This document shows positions 62,342-64,000 of a stretch of 64,000 bases of DNA, in pieces; positions within the stretch are counted from its first letter, which is position 1, and each line of letters begins with the position of its first letter. The DNA lies in contig JALMLS010000186.1 in assembly GCA_038496445.1 (NCBI GenBank), forward strand, positions 62,001 to 126,000, written 5' to 3'. The translations under genes were made by a program, and so were the position numbers. The notes beneath the pieces are model-generated. The model was not told where the DNA came from. It did no database searches and saw only the letters and a program-made list of their open reading frames with translations. This DNA is from Trichosphaerium sp. ATCC 40318 (Eukaryota; Protista; Tubulinea).

Positions 62342-64000
62342 TTAGAGTGTCACTAAATAAGGAGAAGCGCGATAACTCCAGCAACAATAGCAATGCCTGC
62401 AGCATTACGGCCCGAGTTTGCTGATGAATCTTCTCTAAGTAGGCATCTACTTTCTGCAGCAGCTAAAGAATAAAAGGGTCAGTAAAGTTAAGCATGGTCG
62501 ACAAACTCAAGAAAAAATCAGGAAAAACAATTTTGAACCAGTTGTCTTTCCTCTCGGTGTACTTACCAGCCTCTTCAATCTTTGTACGAAGTAACAATGG
62601 TACACGATTACTATTAGTACCGTGCATTCCTTCTGCACCAAAAGTGATTTCACTGTTTGAACAGTAGGACATAATAGTTCCTCCATCAGTGGGTTGACTC
62701 TCAGTTCCACTGAAACAAGCAGAGCCTGAATATGTCTCTCCTGATTGACATCCATCAATAGGAACAGATGCAAAACCTAATTAGACTGTTATACTCACAA
62801 GTAGTATTGATACAGGAACATGAAGGTGACAGAAAAGAATAGCAAGTTTCTAATCAATGAGCAAATTTAATGATGTCGTACCATCTATAGCCATTGTTGG
62901 TGTATTGTAGCAATGAGTGTGGGCACTGCCAACTGTATGACCAAGTTCATGAGCAATAGTACTGACAAATCCCTTAAACCTTGATGTCTTTTGCTCAGGA
63001 GTGTACATTCTATTAACAGATCCGCCTATAAAAAAGAAAAACATCAATAACGGTTGTCATCCAAACAGTCATGTCAACCCAACAAACAAAGTTGATTCGC
63101 AGTAATATTTACTTTGTGTAGGATTTCATAAGACAAATCGCAGGTGTCGGTGCACCAAAAAAACAAGTGTTCTTCGATAATTGTAGAACATTATTCACTT
63201 CACGCACTTCTCGTTCCACACAAAGCATCTATATTTGCGCGACCAGAAACAAAGCTAAAATCATTGCCACCAATATTGCGTATAGAAAAAAGTGTATAAG
63301 CATCAATCTCATAGTCACTGAGGAGACTACCACGTGTAGGACTAGTAACAATTAACAGGTCATAAAAAAATAAGAAAATCTACGCACTCATTCGTACTGT
63401 AGTAAGCTACAATTTCATCCAACAGAATATTCGCGGCTCCATCTCCAGAAACACCGCTCCACGGATCAGCAGCTAAAGAAAAATAAGCATTACATCCAAC
63501 AAACGCTACTCCTTCTTTAAAACGCACATGAAGAATATAGAAACAAGTTTTGAATCTTTACTTTAGTGTTCAAGTCTGAGAGGTACACTGATGATACTTC
63601 AGCAACACTTTCTTCAATATTAGTTCTTAACAAATCCAAGTCATCACCTATTATGGAATTAGGTTTGTCAAGAATACAAGCAGACTATTGTTAAGTTTAA
63701 GTTTTATCTCAAGAACACATAGCGCAACAGGCAAACCTTCATACGAAAGAAACCCAGCGCTCACTGTTTGTTGGCGTACCATAAGCTGTGAATGTTTCAA
63801 AATCAGATTCAACAGCAAGCTAGGATGTACTTAGTACGACAACATATAAATCGTAACAAAAAGAAAATATAAGGGATACATCGGCTAAGTATACTTTCAA
63901 CAAAATTAAAACTGTATAAAAATAAACCGTTCAACGTACACGCATTGTATACGTAATACCATTATTCGTTGGTTTCAAAGCAGTCTGTTCAACACCTCGT
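62342..64000 (-). CDS. Reprolysin-like metalloprotease, copy 2 (5' part lies beyond the window)
   Basis: AHELGHTVGSAHTHCY; GGTIMSYC; exon-by-exon similarity with copy 1. Confidence 0.85.

Noticed and set aside
1-64000. Alternative genetic code
   Set aside because: In-frame stops in conserved genes resolve as introns, and TAA, TAG and TGA all terminate genes.

Overview
Eukaryotic, AT-rich window, most likely from an amoebozoan protist (inferred from short GT-AG/GC-AG introns, an ABP34-like actin bundler and a class C GPCR). Two gene populations are interleaved. (1) Intron-rich genes: a putatively mitochondrial tandem-repeat protein with a C-terminal RAP/PD-(D/E)XK-like domain, a SUZ-domain protein, a beta-helix class C GPCR, a DUF2431/Bmt5-like methyltransferase, an S1 protease, G6PD, a C2-SH3 protein, a PA-like 7TM protein, two basic paralogs, an ABP34-like protein, a ricin-GH3 glycosidase and two M12B-like metalloproteases. 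(2) A rapidly turning-over family of intronless F-box genes with LRR ('GVHTIxL') or MORN-variant repeats: about 11 copies plus at least 4 remnants. These show inverted duplications, chimerism, repeat slippage, orphan repeat cassettes, loss of the F-box start and disruption by a hairpin-containing MITE-like insert. Other features are foreign-looking genes (phage-fibre-like domain, bacterial-type propeller, DMP19/DUF4375-like) and a strong excess of the palindrome CACGTG. No viral hallmark genes, RNA genes or CRISPR arrays were recognised. All exon structures and family calls were read by eye.
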